DNA of 64,000 nt from a virus (Duplodnaviria > Caudoviricetes), in IMG/VR virus record IMGVR_UViG_3300026549_000034, positions 129,182 to 193,181 of that record. One strand, 5' to 3'. This document shows positions 1-10,350 of this stretch, in pieces. Position numbers and translations under genes: made by a program. Below the pieces are notes generated by a model that was not told the origin of the DNA, searched no databases, and worked only from the letters and a program-made list of their open reading frames with translations. The number at the start of each line of letters is the position of its first letter. The stretch's first letter is position 1.

Positions 1-197
1 TCTTCATAGCGAATTAATTCAGTATAATAAGTATAATTTCCAACGTTAATATATTGCTTTATCATTTAATATAAATAACTTAATTTACAATTATAATTAA
101 AAATATATTTTATACTATATTTTCTTTGATTTAATTAATGGATAATTAAAATTTCTTATATTTTATACTATATTAAAAATACTAAAATTTATATAAT

Positions 198-1016
198 ATG
201 AAGATAATAAGTAAATATAAAGATTTTTATGATTATATTGTACAGGATCATGATGCAGATCTTATATATGTTCGTAAAATAAATTGTATACATGATTATT
301 TTGATGATCTGTTCAAAAAGAATAATGATATGTATATGCCATATTATAACAAATATTATGGGTACATTTATACTTCATATTCTTTAAGAAGTCAAAAAGA
401 TGGTGATGTAGCACTTGGCAATTATATATTTGGTATATATCCTTTTATATATTCACAACCTTATATAAATGTCAGATATAGTAGTGTTACAGAACATGAA
501 GAACATATGATACTTATACTTCCAAAATCCATTATAGATAATCTATTGAATGATGAAACAAAAACACAAGGCTATGATGAATTGAAATGTTTTATCATGA
601 ATGAATATAATAAAATTCAATATAAGTCTGCTAAGTCATTTAAGATTAATATTGGAAATGGATTTGTTGATTTATTAAGAAAGTATGTTTGGAAAATAGA
701 TTGTAAGGAAATATTCTATAAGCTTAATGCACCCGTATTTATAAAGTATTATTCTGAACTATTTGTAAATAGTTGTTATTGGGAAGAACTATATTCTGAT
801 AAAAATCAAAAGCATTATATAACAAATATATCATTTCAAAAATTAGATAAGAATGTACTTAAGTATTGGTATGATGATCTAATGGATTTGAATACTTATA
901 TAAATATTGAGAATTTTCTATGGAGTGTTAAGCAAGAACCAGAAGCAAATCCAGACAATAAGACAAAAATTGTTGCTCATGGATTTGATTTGAAGACGTC
1001 TTTTAGAAAAATGTAA
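198..1016 (+). CDS. hypothetical phage protein
   Basis: 272-aa ORF with TACTATATT promoter-like element upstream; no motif recognised. Confidence 0.7.
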   Translation: MKIISKYKDFYDYIVQDHDADLIYVRKINCIHDYFDDLFKKNNDMYMPYYNKYYGYIYTSYSLRSQKDGDVALGNYIFGIYPFIYSQPYINVRYSSVTEHEEHMILILPKSIIDNLLNDETKTQGYDELKCFIMNEYNKIQYKSAKSFKINIGNGFVDLLRKYVWKIDCKEIFYKLNAPVFIKYYSELFVNSCYWEELYSDKNQKHYITNISFQKLDKNVLKYWYDDLMDLNTYINIENFLWSVKQEPEANPDNKTKIVAHGFDLKTSFRKM

Positions 1017-1048
1017 TTATTTTTAATTAAATAAATTATAAATATAAT

Positions 1049-1252
1049 ATGAAAACATTAAAGGATAGAATATTTGAAGAACGACAAATAAAATATAATG
1101 TTGCATTTGTTGGATGTACAGATAGTGAAGGTATTCCAGTATCTTGTACAATTTTGGTTGATGCAAATAATCAAAAGGAAATTGAAAAATATTTTGAAAA
1201 TGAACAAGACAATACATTTGTTCATGTAGAGGGAGGAAATATTGAATATTAA
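1049..1252 (+). CDS. small protein with capsid-targeting-like leader
   Basis: N-terminus MKTLKDRIFE, Glu at position 10. Confidence 0.6.
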   Translation: MKTLKDRIFEERQIKYNVAFVGCTDSEGIPVSCTILVDANNQKEIEKYFENEQDNTFVHVEGGNIEY

Positions 1253-1380
1253 ATTGAATATTAATTAAGAAATATTAAAAATTGTTAATATATAATAATA
1301 TATAATAAGAAATCCCTAAATTTTTTTAATAAAGTTTAGGGATTAACTATTTTAAAAAGGATATTAAAAATATAGTTATT

Positions 1381-1857
1381 ATGGAAAAGGCAATAGGTAC
1401 CGTAACATTTAAAAAGTTTACTGGTGAAAAGCTACCAGACATTTCTGAATATATAAAGAATTATATTCAGGAAAATAAAAACATAGAAATTATAATTGGA
1501 ACAGATTCTCAAAACAAAGGACATAATACAACATATTCTACAGTTGTTGTATTGTATAATCCTGGACATGGTGGCCATTGTATATTTAAAAGATGGAAGA
1601 CACCTAAGGAAAGAGTTCGTCAAGTTCGTTTATTAAAAGAGGTTGAAGAATCAATTAATCTTGCAAATGAATTGATGGAGCATGGATGTCCTAAACCAAA
1701 ATATATAGATATTGATATTAACCCAAATCCTAAGTTTAAGTCAAATGAAGTATATCAAGCAGCTAAAGGGTGGGTTGAAGCAAGTGGATATGAAGTTAGA
1801 TTTAAGACAATTGCACCATTAGTAACATCTGTTGCGGATTGGTTGGTAAAATCATAA
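1381..1857 (+). CDS. RNase H-like YkuK/DUF458 family protein
   Basis: IIIGTDSQ, RLLKEVEES and IDIDIN motifs. Confidence 0.8.
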   Translation: MEKAIGTVTFKKFTGEKLPDISEYIKNYIQENKNIEIIIGTDSQNKGHNTTYSTVVVLYNPGHGGHCIFKRWKTPKERVRQVRLLKEVEESINLANELMEHGCPKPKYIDIDINPNPKFKSNEVYQAAKGWVEASGYEVRFKTIAPLVTSVADWLVKS

Positions 1858-1864
1858 TATTAAA

Positions 1865-1894
1865 AAATGGTAAGAACTTAAGTTCTTACCATTT
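1865..1894. terminator. perfect 30-bp palindrome, probable bidirectional terminator
   Basis: aaatggtaagaactt|aagttcttaccattt between convergent genes. Confidence 0.75.
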
Positions 1895-1918
1895 ATTGTT
1901 AAATTATATCTTCATTTA

Positions 1919-2617
1919 TCATTTTCCTTCAAAATACCATTTTGCTTCTGCTTTACGACGTGCAATCAATCCAGGATATTTTTTTCCTTGTATGTCTGAT
2001 AAATGTGACCAAGTATTTCTTATTTGTGGATTATTTGGGTTTGCTATAATCATTTTACATATTTGTTTATTTAAGAATCCCATTCCAAAATTATAACAGC
2101 CAGATGCTATTGCGTCTTTTTGATTTTGATTTAGCTTTACTTTATTAGTATTTGCCCATTTATCTATTTTTGTAGAAGTAATTTTTGCATGTTCTAAGAA
2201 AAGATTTTCAAGTTCTTTTTGTGTCCATCTTTTCTTTACAGAATCCATAAATTTACCGTTAGGATGATATAAAAGCCCATATCCAAAAGTCAAATGTCCA
2301 TTAGCATCTTTAAGATCATATCCATTTAGATCTTTATAAGTCATTGTATATCCAAATTTTTTGCCAGTTTCATATCTACAAATAAAGTCAATCATACCAT
2401 CGCTAATTCCTACATTATTTGTATTATTTGTTTTTTGTAATATGATTGCCCATGACTTAGGACCTATTACACCATCAGGAGTAAGACCTTTTGATTTCTG
2501 CCATTCCTTTACCTTTTTATCTGTGTTAGGACCAAAATCACCATCAGCTGTAATACCCAAATATTTTTGTAATACTTTTACATCTTCACCTTTGGATCCA
2601 AGTTTAATAGTGTTCAT
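1919..2617 (-). CDS. endolysin: peptidoglycan-binding domain plus GH24-like lysozyme
   Basis: LGSKGEDVKVLQ/DGDFGPNT/DGVIGPKSW PG-binding motifs; RYE..GHLTFGYG, NQNQKDAIAS.CYNFG, GLIARRKAE lysozyme motifs. Confidence 0.9.
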   Translation of the reverse strand: MNTIKLGSKGEDVKVLQKYLGITADGDFGPNTDKKVKEWQKSKGLTPDGVIGPKSWAIILQKTNNTNNVGISDGMIDFICRYETGKKFGYTMTYKDLNGYDLKDANGHLTFGYGLLYHPNGKFMDSVKKRWTQKELENLFLEHAKITSTKIDKWANTNKVKLNQNQKDAIASGCYNFGMGFLNKQICKMIIANPNNPQIRNTWSHLSDIQGKKYPGLIARRKAEAKWYFEGK

Positions 2618-2664
2618 AATTATTGTAAAGTATTTTAATTAAAAATATTAATTTTATGAGAAAC

Positions 2665-2694
2665 AAAAAGGAACATCATTAAAGATGTTCCTTT
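2665..2694 (-). terminator. intrinsic terminator hairpin
   Basis: aaaggaacatc-attaaa-gatgttccttt with A-run on the left, downstream of the RimK-like gene. Confidence 0.65.
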
Positions 2695-2719
2695 ATTGTA
2701 TAAAAAATAAAATATGTTA

Positions 2720-4429
2720 TTATTTAGTTTCATTTGCTTTCTTTTCAGCTTCTTCTTTAAATTTCCATGACAATTCATCATCTAATACATGCTTCTTTGC
2801 TGGATTAATAAGATATCCCATTTTTGTCATGATGTCTCTATTAATAAGTATTTTTTGCTTTTTGTTTCTATTGTCAACTAAAGCAAATTCAGCATTTAAT
2901 AATTTACGTGATCCTATTTGAATACATGGTATAAGAACTGTTTTTCTATTTTCAGTTACTTGACCGACAATTGCATTTGATTCACCATGTTTCTTGAAAT
3001 AATATTTTTTGCCTTCAATTACTGCTTCAATTAAAGTACCGTTTTCTTCTAATGAATCACATCCAATTGTACTTGCCTTAGCACCATTTCCTGTATCAAA
3101 TTTTGCTTCAAGAGTAAATTGCTGTTCATTTTCTGTTGTAAATGTAATGTCTTCAAGATAACCTATTGATTTTGGTTCTAATACTAATTCATTTATATCA
3201 TTAATGTTGTCTAAAAGTATCTTTACAAAGTTTTCTCCAATTACTTCAGATATACCGTCAGTACCTGGTGAACTATTATATTCTAATACAACATTATCAC
3301 CAACTTCTGGATTACTTCCTGAAACTAACGGCATAATGTCTACAGCACACCATGGCATTCCAGATATTTTAGCAACCTTTAATGCAATTTCCTTTTGTTC
3401 TTCAGTCAGTTCAACCTTTTCTGCAGTTGCACCTAAAGATACATTACTTCTAAAATCACCAGATATCTTTACACGTTTCATAGCCGCAAGTATCTTTTGT
3501 TGTGTTCTCATAGTCAATACATGTACACGAATATCACCGCCATCAGCTTCTTCCTTCTTTTGTACTAACAATTCAAGATCTTCATCTACTGCAAACATTG
3601 CTTGAAGTATAGCTAAAATACCTTTACCATTTGTCATAAATACACCAGTACCGCCATGTCCATCAAGTATTTTTACAACATATTCAAACTTTTCATCTGC
3701 TTTTAAATCTTTACCAATTTCTTTATTTACTCTCTTAAGTTTCTTTGATAATGATTCTTCACCATTCTTAATATCATTTTTAGATACTAAAGTAAAACGT
3801 GGTTGTGGAATTTCATATCTTTCAAGTAATACTGCAGATGTATACTTATTAGATGCCTTCTTTGCCGATTGAATTGGATTTATTACAAAGAATCCCCATG
3901 CTTGAAGTTCTTTGATAAGTTCCATACATTCTTCGGATTCTTGAACTCCAAGACGAGTAATTACAATAGTATCAATATTTGATTGTTCATTGACTTTATA
4001 TTTTGTCTTATCATCACTAAATGAAATTTCTTTATCAGTAGCTTTATATGAAATTTCATCAGCAACAAATGTAAATATTTCTATATCTGTATTCTTTACA
4101 GCATCATTAAGATTTTTTAGAGTCTTATTTGTTTTTTCTTCTCTATCATTTGTAAAGAAAAGAATGTTCTTAAAGAAATAATTAGACTGTTCTATTTTGT
4201 CCTGAATACTATCTTTAGATTCAGAATCTTCCATTTTCTTATTAACTTCATCAGATATGTCATTATCATTTTTCTCATCAGGTTTATCATCCTTAATATC
4301 TAATAAATTGTCTAATTTAGTTTCTTCCTTAGTTTCTTCTTCCTTAATAATATTTTGTCTTTTCTGTTTAAGAGTTTCCATTACTTCTGCAATAGTTTCA
4401 GGATCTCTATAGTCATATTGCTTTTTCAT
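2720..4429 (-). CDS. RimK-like ATP-grasp ligase fused to C-terminal RimK-associated (retropepsin-like) protease domain
   Basis: VVKILDGHGGTGV, DIRVHV, DFRSNVSLG, AVDIM, LEYNSSPG (ATP-grasp); AKFDTGNGA..ILINRD (protease); acidic N-terminal extension. Confidence 0.85.
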   Translation of the reverse strand: MKKQYDYRDPETIAEVMETLKQKRQNIIKEEETKEETKLDNLLDIKDDKPDEKNDNDISDEVNKKMEDSESKDSIQDKIEQSNYFFKNILFFTNDREEKTNKTLKNLNDAVKNTDIEIFTFVADEISYKATDKEISFSDDKTKYKVNEQSNIDTIVITRLGVQESEECMELIKELQAWGFFVINPIQSAKKASNKYTSAVLLERYEIPQPRFTLVSKNDIKNGEESLSKKLKRVNKEIGKDLKADEKFEYVVKILDGHGGTGVFMTNGKGILAILQAMFAVDEDLELLVQKKEEADGGDIRVHVLTMRTQQKILAAMKRVKISGDFRSNVSLGATAEKVELTEEQKEIALKVAKISGMPWCAVDIMPLVSGSNPEVGDNVVLEYNSSPGTDGISEVIGENFVKILLDNINDINELVLEPKSIGYLEDITFTTENEQQFTLEAKFDTGNGAKASTIGCDSLEENGTLIEAVIEGKKYYFKKHGESNAIVGQVTENRKTVLIPCIQIGSRKLLNAEFALVDNRNKKQKILINRDIMTKMGYLINPAKKHVLDDELSWKFKEEAEKKANETK

Positions 4430-4455
4430 ATATTATATAAAAAATATTATAAATT

Positions 4456-5019
4456 TTAATATAAATTATCCATTATTGTTTTGGCATTGACATGGCCATC
4501 AGCCTTTTCATTATCTAATTTTTTGGAACTATATGGATCTATATGATCATTACCTTGTAGTATCTTATATAAAAAATATGCTGAATCATATATCTTATCG
4601 CCTGGATGTTTACATTTATTATCAAAGTTTGTTACCCATTCATCTTCATCTTGAATATTTATGTCTTTGTCATCCATTTTCAATATATTTTTCAATGCCC
4701 ACTTAACTACATCAACTTCGTCATTTGATGAATATAATATAATTTTATCAGGTGTAAAGTCTTCATATTCATCATTAAACATGGATATCATTTTAACCAT
4801 ATCAAAGAATGATGCAACATGAGGCAATTCATGATAATTATCTTTGTATACAAAATATTTTGCATCTGGTACTTCAAGCTCATTCCATGATCCATCCCAA
4901 TTATCTTCTTCATTTACAGGGAATTTTGGTATTTCTACAGATATCTTATTTCTATTTTGTTTTACGCTTATATTTTTTACGTTTAATTTTTCGACAATAT
5001 AGTTTGATAATTTTTTCAT
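4456..5019 (-). CDS. hypothetical protein with capsid-targeting-like leader
   Basis: starts MKKLSNYIVEKLNVKNI. Confidence 0.7.
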   Translation of the reverse strand: MKKLSNYIVEKLNVKNISVKQNRNKISVEIPKFPVNEEDNWDGSWNELEVPDAKYFVYKDNYHELPHVASFFDMVKMISMFNDEYEDFTPDKIILYSSNDEVDVVKWALKNILKMDDKDINIQDEDEWVTNFDNKCKHPGDKIYDSAYFLYKILQGNDHIDPYSSKKLDNEKADGHVNAKTIMDNLY

Positions 5020-5063
5020 AAATAGTACTATATTATTTTAATACTTATAATTAAAAATAATAA

Positions 5064-5927
5064 ATGTCAGCTAATTTATTTGAAAAATGTGAACCAATTT
5101 CTGCTATTTTAGCACCTCATGTACAGCAAATGATCATATCAGAATTAGAGGAATCATGTGATAATTTAGAATATCTGTGCATAGGTTCTGTAGGCAAGAA
5201 AAAGGATGAAGATTTTAATGGTGATATTGATATTGCTATTAAATGCAAAGATATTGAAGAACTTAAAAGAATAATATATCACACTTTTGGACATTTGAAT
5301 ATAGTTATATCTGAAACATTATATATTGTTTCTATAGAATATCCTTATATATATGATAATGAAGAAAAATATGTACAGTGTGATTTTATGGTGATGTGGT
5401 ATACTGATTATACTGCATTCAGATATTTTTGTCCAAACTATAGAAATGACGAATCAAAGTATAAAGTAGGTGCAAAAATAATGTTAACAAGTATTATATT
5501 AAATCATTGTATAAAAGAAAAAAATAAAGATTTGTTATATGATGAAATAGCTAAGTTTGATTTTAGACCTACTGCATTATATCGATTTATATATAGTAAT
5601 AGCAGAAAAGCATATAAAGAAGAATTTGTGACCGCTGACGTAAATAAAATTGTTGAAATGTGTTTTTATGATAATGATAGAAAACATTTTAATTCTGTTG
5701 AATCATTATGGGGTGCTATTCATAGTGATAATTTTAAATATTCTGATGAAGTAAAACAAATTGAAATGGTATGGTTTGTATGTTGTTTTAGAAAAGGATG
5801 GACCTCTATTGTTCCTGAAGATTTTAAAATAGAATATTGGACAAATGATCAAATATGGTATAATATAAATCAACAAAAAGAAATAAATAAAATAAATGAA
5901 TTTTTACAACAAGGTAAGGAAATATAA
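5064..5927 (+). CDS. nucleotidyltransferase (Pol beta superfamily)
   Basis: IGSVGKK...GDIDIAI (GS..DxD) plus a third Asp in VQCDF. Confidence 0.75.
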   Translation: MSANLFEKCEPISAILAPHVQQMIISELEESCDNLEYLCIGSVGKKKDEDFNGDIDIAIKCKDIEELKRIIYHTFGHLNIVISETLYIVSIEYPYIYDNEEKYVQCDFMVMWYTDYTAFRYFCPNYRNDESKYKVGAKIMLTSIILNHCIKEKNKDLLYDEIAKFDFRPTALYRFIYSNSRKAYKEEFVTADVNKIVEMCFYDNDRKHFNSVESLWGAIHSDNFKYSDEVKQIEMVWFVCCFRKGWTSIVPEDFKIEYWTNDQIWYNINQQKEINKINEFLQQGKEI

Positions 5928-5974
5928 ATATAAAAATTACTATATTAAAATAAATATATAAGATTAAAAAATAT

Positions 5975-6535
5975 ATGTATTTGCTAATTATTGAAGGTAC
6001 TGATAATATAGGTAAAGATACTTTGAAAAATCAATTGATAGATCTATTTGATACTGTTACATTAATTCATTGTAGTTCACCAAAATCAAGAGGATTTAAG
6101 TCTTATGAACAAGATAAGACATTCTTAACATATGCTGATAATATTGTAAATGGTGTATATGATGGAACGGAATGTATTATAATGAATAGATCACATTATG
6201 GAGAATATGTATATGGACAAATATATAGGCACAGAAATCCTATAGAAATTTCATCTATGATTAATGATTTTGATAAGCTAATAGATTCGAGAATTGATTT
6301 AAAAGTAAAATATATTCAATTATTAAGTACATCATTAGAATTAAGAAAGAAATATGATGACAATAAATCATTATCATTAATGGATGAACAAAAAATGGAA
6401 ATAGAAAATAAGCTTTTTATGGATGTATACAATCAATCAAAATTTGATAAAAAGCTTATATATGTAAATGACGGTGACAATTTTAGACGTAAAGAAGATA
6501 TTTATAAAGAAGCATTAGATTTTATAAATTCTTAA
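5975..6535 (+). CDS. dNMP/thymidylate kinase-like protein
   Basis: IIEGTDNIGKDT P-loop; NRSHYGEYVYG. Confidence 0.85.
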   Translation: MYLLIIEGTDNIGKDTLKNQLIDLFDTVTLIHCSSPKSRGFKSYEQDKTFLTYADNIVNGVYDGTECIIMNRSHYGEYVYGQIYRHRNPIEISSMINDFDKLIDSRIDLKVKYIQLLSTSLELRKKYDDNKSLSLMDEQKMEIENKLFMDVYNQSKFDKKLIYVNDGDNFRRKEDIYKEALDFINS

Positions 6536-6560
6536 AATTAGAAAAATATATAAAAGATAT

Positions 6561-7355
6561 ATGAATACAAAAGATATATTTAATATTTTTTTAGAAAAAT
6601 ATAATAATAGAGAATTTCGTACAATAGGTAATAATGTTCAGCAATCAATAACATTAGAAATTCAAAATGCCCATTTTGAAGTTGATAAACCATGGATTGT
6701 TAGAGAACCAAATTATGGCTATTATAAACGTGAAGAAAAATGGTATTATTCACAATCATTAAATGTTAATGATATTCCTGAAGGTGCACCAAAAATGTGG
6801 CAAGCTTGCGCAACACCAGATGGATTTATAAATTCTAATTATGGGTGGTGTATATTTTCAAAAGAAAATGGTGATCAGTATAAAAACTGTAAACAACATT
6901 TAATTGAAGATCCACATACTCGTGAAGCTATTATGATTTATAATCGTCCATCAATGCAACAAGAATATAATAAAAATGGAATGCATGATTTTATGTGTTG
7001 TCAGAATGTTCAATATTTTATAAATGAATATGATGAATATAATGATATACTTGATTGCATAGTTAATTTTAGAAGTAATGATGCAGTATTTGGATTTAAT
7101 AATGATGCACTTTGGGCAAATCATATATTAGAAAAACTTGCTAATGAATTAAGACCTATTTGGAATAATAAATATGATAAAAATATAGCGGCGGGTCATA
7201 TATATTGGAATGCCGGTTCATTACATATTTATGAAAGACATTTTAAAATTTTAACAGATTTTAATACTAAACAAAATGTCTATAAATATTATGAAGATAT
7301 TGAAAAACAAAATAACTTATTTAGAAAAACCCAAGAATCAATAAATAATGGATAA
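6561..7355 (+). CDS. dCMP hydroxymethylase-like enzyme (T4 gp42 family, thymidylate synthase fold)
   Basis: TREAIMIYNRPSM, DFMCCQNVQY, RSNDAVFGFNND (Asp at the dCMP-specificity position), GSLHIYERHF. Confidence 0.85.
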   Translation: MNTKDIFNIFLEKYNNREFRTIGNNVQQSITLEIQNAHFEVDKPWIVREPNYGYYKREEKWYYSQSLNVNDIPEGAPKMWQACATPDGFINSNYGWCIFSKENGDQYKNCKQHLIEDPHTREAIMIYNRPSMQQEYNKNGMHDFMCCQNVQYFINEYDEYNDILDCIVNFRSNDAVFGFNNDALWANHILEKLANELRPIWNNKYDKNIAAGHIYWNAGSLHIYERHFKILTDFNTKQNVYKYYEDIEKQNNLFRKTQESINNG

Positions 7356-7938
7356 AATTCGAGACATAAAATATAAGTTATTAAAAGAACTAAAATGGGA
7401 TCATATTAAAGAAACTGGATATGATTGTAATAGTGGTACAAAATATGTAGAGGTTAAAAATGCATTATTTGAAGTAGATAAAGACAGGATATTCAATACA
7501 ATTCCTCAACTTTCATATATGAGTCCACAATGGTATATAGATAATTATGATCCTATATTAAATAAGAATGATCAATTAAATAAATGTATAAGTAAATTAG
7601 TAGAAAATACAAATTCAAGACAAGCCGTTATTATAATGGGCGATACTAATGAATTTGATAATATAGATAATACTTTTATATGTACAATGTATATGCATAT
7701 ATTTCTAAATAAGATAAAATATGATGTATATGAATTAGAATATATTGTACATATGAGATCTAATGATTGTATAGAATTTATTACTGATTTACAATGGCAT
7801 AAGAAATTATATAATGATATCTTAAATCAATTAAGAGAAAAAACTAAATTAATGATTATGCCAAAAAATATTATATGGAATGCAGACACTATACATTTAT
7901 ATGAACAATTTTTTGAACAAGCATTAAAAGAATCTTAA
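7348..7938 (+). CDS. second, divergent thymidylate synthase/dCMP hydroxymethylase-fold protein
   Basis: SRQAVI, FICTMY, HMRSND..D.QW, IIWNADTIHLYE. Confidence 0.75.
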   Translation: MDKIRDIKYKLLKELKWDHIKETGYDCNSGTKYVEVKNALFEVDKDRIFNTIPQLSYMSPQWYIDNYDPILNKNDQLNKCISKLVENTNSRQAVIIMGDTNEFDNIDNTFICTMYMHIFLNKIKYDVYELEYIVHMRSNDCIEFITDLQWHKKLYNDILNQLREKTKLMIMPKNIIWNADTIHLYEQFFEQALKES

Positions 7939-7944
7939 TTTTAT

Positions 7945-8634
7945 ATGAAAAAACTTATTTCAGCTTCTATTATGTGTGCTAAGAACTTATTGAACTTAGA
8001 ACACGAAATTAAAGAACTAGAGAAAAACAATATTGATATGTTTCATCTAGATGCTATGGATGGACATTTTGTAAATAATATTACTTTTGGTCCAGACATA
8101 TTGAACGCTATTCATAAATGTGTTACAAAACCTTGTGATTATCATTTAATGATGGATGATCCTTTGACATTTATAGAACGTCTCGAGCTTTCGGCAGATG
8201 ATATTGTTACAATACATGCAGAAATTGATCCAGAAAAATTTGATGCAACTATAAAATATTTGAATTCTTTAAAGAAAAGAGGAATTAAGATTGGGGTTGC
8301 GATTAATCCAAAAACATCAATAGAAGGATTGTATGACTATTTGGAATATATAGACATGATATTAGTTATGCTTATTAATCCTGGATTTGCTGGTCAACCT
8401 ATTATTGGTGGTATTATGCAAAAGCCGATATATGTTCGTCAATATTTAGATTCTATAGGGTATGAAAATATAATGATATCTGTTGATGGCGGTGTATCTA
8501 ATGAACGTGCAGAAATATTAGCAAAAGGCGGTGTAAATGTATTTGTTGGCGGTACTTCTGGATTATTCAAAAGAAATCAAAATATTAAGACAAGTATTGA
8601 AAATTTACGAAAATCATTAAATACTTCTGATTGA
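7945..8634 (+). CDS. ribulose-phosphate 3-epimerase family protein, AlsE (allulose-6-P 3-epimerase)-like
   Basis: HLDAMDGHFV, DYHLM, NPGFAGQ, VDGG; SIMC and GTSGLF signatures recall AlsE rather than Rpe. Confidence 0.8.
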   Translation: MKKLISASIMCAKNLLNLEHEIKELEKNNIDMFHLDAMDGHFVNNITFGPDILNAIHKCVTKPCDYHLMMDDPLTFIERLELSADDIVTIHAEIDPEKFDATIKYLNSLKKRGIKIGVAINPKTSIEGLYDYLEYIDMILVMLINPGFAGQPIIGGIMQKPIYVRQYLDSIGYENIMISVDGGVSNERAEILAKGGVNVFVGGTSGLFKRNQNIKTSIENLRKSLNTSD

Positions 8635-8685
8635 AATTTCTATTTTTAATTAAAGAATTAATTGTTTTTAATATAATAAATTAAT

Positions 8686-10350
8686 ATGAAAGTATTTATA
8701 GCAACATCTGGTATAGGTTCTAGACTTTTAGAACTAACAAAATACACAAATAAGTCAATGATTAAGATAGGTAAGAAGCCAGTTATATCTTATATTATTG
8801 ATGAATATCCTGAAGATACAGAATTTGTAATTACTTTGGGATATTTTGGTGATCATGTACGGCAATATCTTGAATTGGCATATCCAAACAAGAAAATAAC
8901 ATTTGTAACAGTTGATAATTATGCAGGTCCAGGATCTTCACAAGTATATTCACAATTACAGGCAGAAAAATATCTTCAAGAGCCTTTTATATATCATGAT
9001 TGTGATACTATAATTGAGAATCTTCAGGATCAAATTCCAATGAAGTTCAATTATAATTTCTTAGTTGGATATGAGACAAATTCGGAATTATATGATGCAT
9101 TTGATTATGATATTAATACAAAGTCAAAATCAAAGAAGTACGAAGTATATGATTTGATTAAGACATATATGAAGCCAGATTCTTTAGTCGGTATGTTGGC
9201 TTTTGTCGGTATTTGTGGTATATATGATTATAAGGAATTTTGGAAATATATGCACATGGCTTATGAAAATGAACAAGTCCCTTATGATTTCTTAGTATAT
9301 CATAAATATGGTATGTTTAAAGATAATTTGAAAGCAATTAAGGTTACTAATTGGGTAGATACTGGAAATATAGCCGGTGTAAAGAATTATCGTAAGCAAT
9401 GTAAAGATCAATTTTTTATATTAGATAAGAATGATCAGGCAATTTTCATAATCAATAATAAAGTAATTAAGTTCTTTGCAAAAGATGGCGTTGTTGATGA
9501 TCTTTTGAAACATTATGAAACAATTAAAGATTTTTGTCAACCTATAACTGAACATACTAAGAATTTTATATGTTATGATTATATAGATGCTGAGGATGCT
9601 ATAGTAAAAATGAATCCTGTTCGTTTTGAAAATTTTTTATATTCATTAAAGAATAATAAATTTTGGTCTAAAGTAGAAAATATTGATGATAAATTGTTTT
9701 TTGAGTCTATGAAGAAATTCTATATAGACAAAAATATGCAACGGGTAAATCAATTTAAAGAATTCTATAAAGTATCTGAAGATGAAGACATATATGTAAA
9801 TGATATATTGATTCCTAAAGAATATACTATTGAAAGAATGCTTAATGAAATGATGAATATGAGAGAATGGAAAGAATCTGTTCCTTGTATTTGGCATGGT
9901 GATTTTGTATTAGACAATATTCTTTATAACCAAAAGGAAGATAAATATATTTTACTTGATTGGAGACCTAATTTTATAAACATTAAAGAATATGGAGATA
10001 GAAACTATGATTTTGGTAAAATGAATCATAATATTACTTTTAATTTCTATAGCGCATATAATGATCTCTATAATGTACAAATAAATGATAATAAGATTTA
10101 CATTAATATGCTTTGTAATAATTATGTATATGAATGTAAAGAAATATTAAAGAAATTTGTAAATGATAATTATAATGTAAGATTTGAATATATTGAAATG
10201 ATAACTGGTGCATGTTGGGTAAGTATGTCTCCATTATATTTCTTAAATCCTATTTCTAAACTATTGTTCTATATGGGTAAGCTTACTTTATATATTAATT
10301 TGATGAAGCTTCAAAATAAAAAAATAAATACTATATATGATGAATTATAA
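8686..10350 (+). CDS. sugar-phosphate nucleotidyltransferase fused to APH/choline-kinase-like phosphotransferase
   Basis: ATSGIGSRL..LTK..NKSM, DCD, WVDTGN; C-terminal HGDFVLDNIL, LLDWR, YDFGK. Confidence 0.85.
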   Translation: MKVFIATSGIGSRLLELTKYTNKSMIKIGKKPVISYIIDEYPEDTEFVITLGYFGDHVRQYLELAYPNKKITFVTVDNYAGPGSSQVYSQLQAEKYLQEPFIYHDCDTIIENLQDQIPMKFNYNFLVGYETNSELYDAFDYDINTKSKSKKYEVYDLIKTYMKPDSLVGMLAFVGICGIYDYKEFWKYMHMAYENEQVPYDFLVYHKYGMFKDNLKAIKVTNWVDTGNIAGVKNYRKQCKDQFFILDKNDQAIFIINNKVIKFFAKDGVVDDLLKHYETIKDFCQPITEHTKNFICYDYIDAEDAIVKMNPVRFENFLYSLKNNKFWSKVENIDDKLFFESMKKFYIDKNMQRVNQFKEFYKVSEDEDIYVNDILIPKEYTIERMLNEMMNMREWKESVPCIWHGDFVLDNILYNQKEDKYILLDWRPNFINIKEYGDRNYDFGKMNHNITFNFYSAYNDLYNVQINDNKIYINMLCNNYVYECKEILKKFVNDNYNVRFEYIEMITGACWVSMSPLYFLNPISKLLFYMGKLTLYINLMKLQNKKINTIYDEL

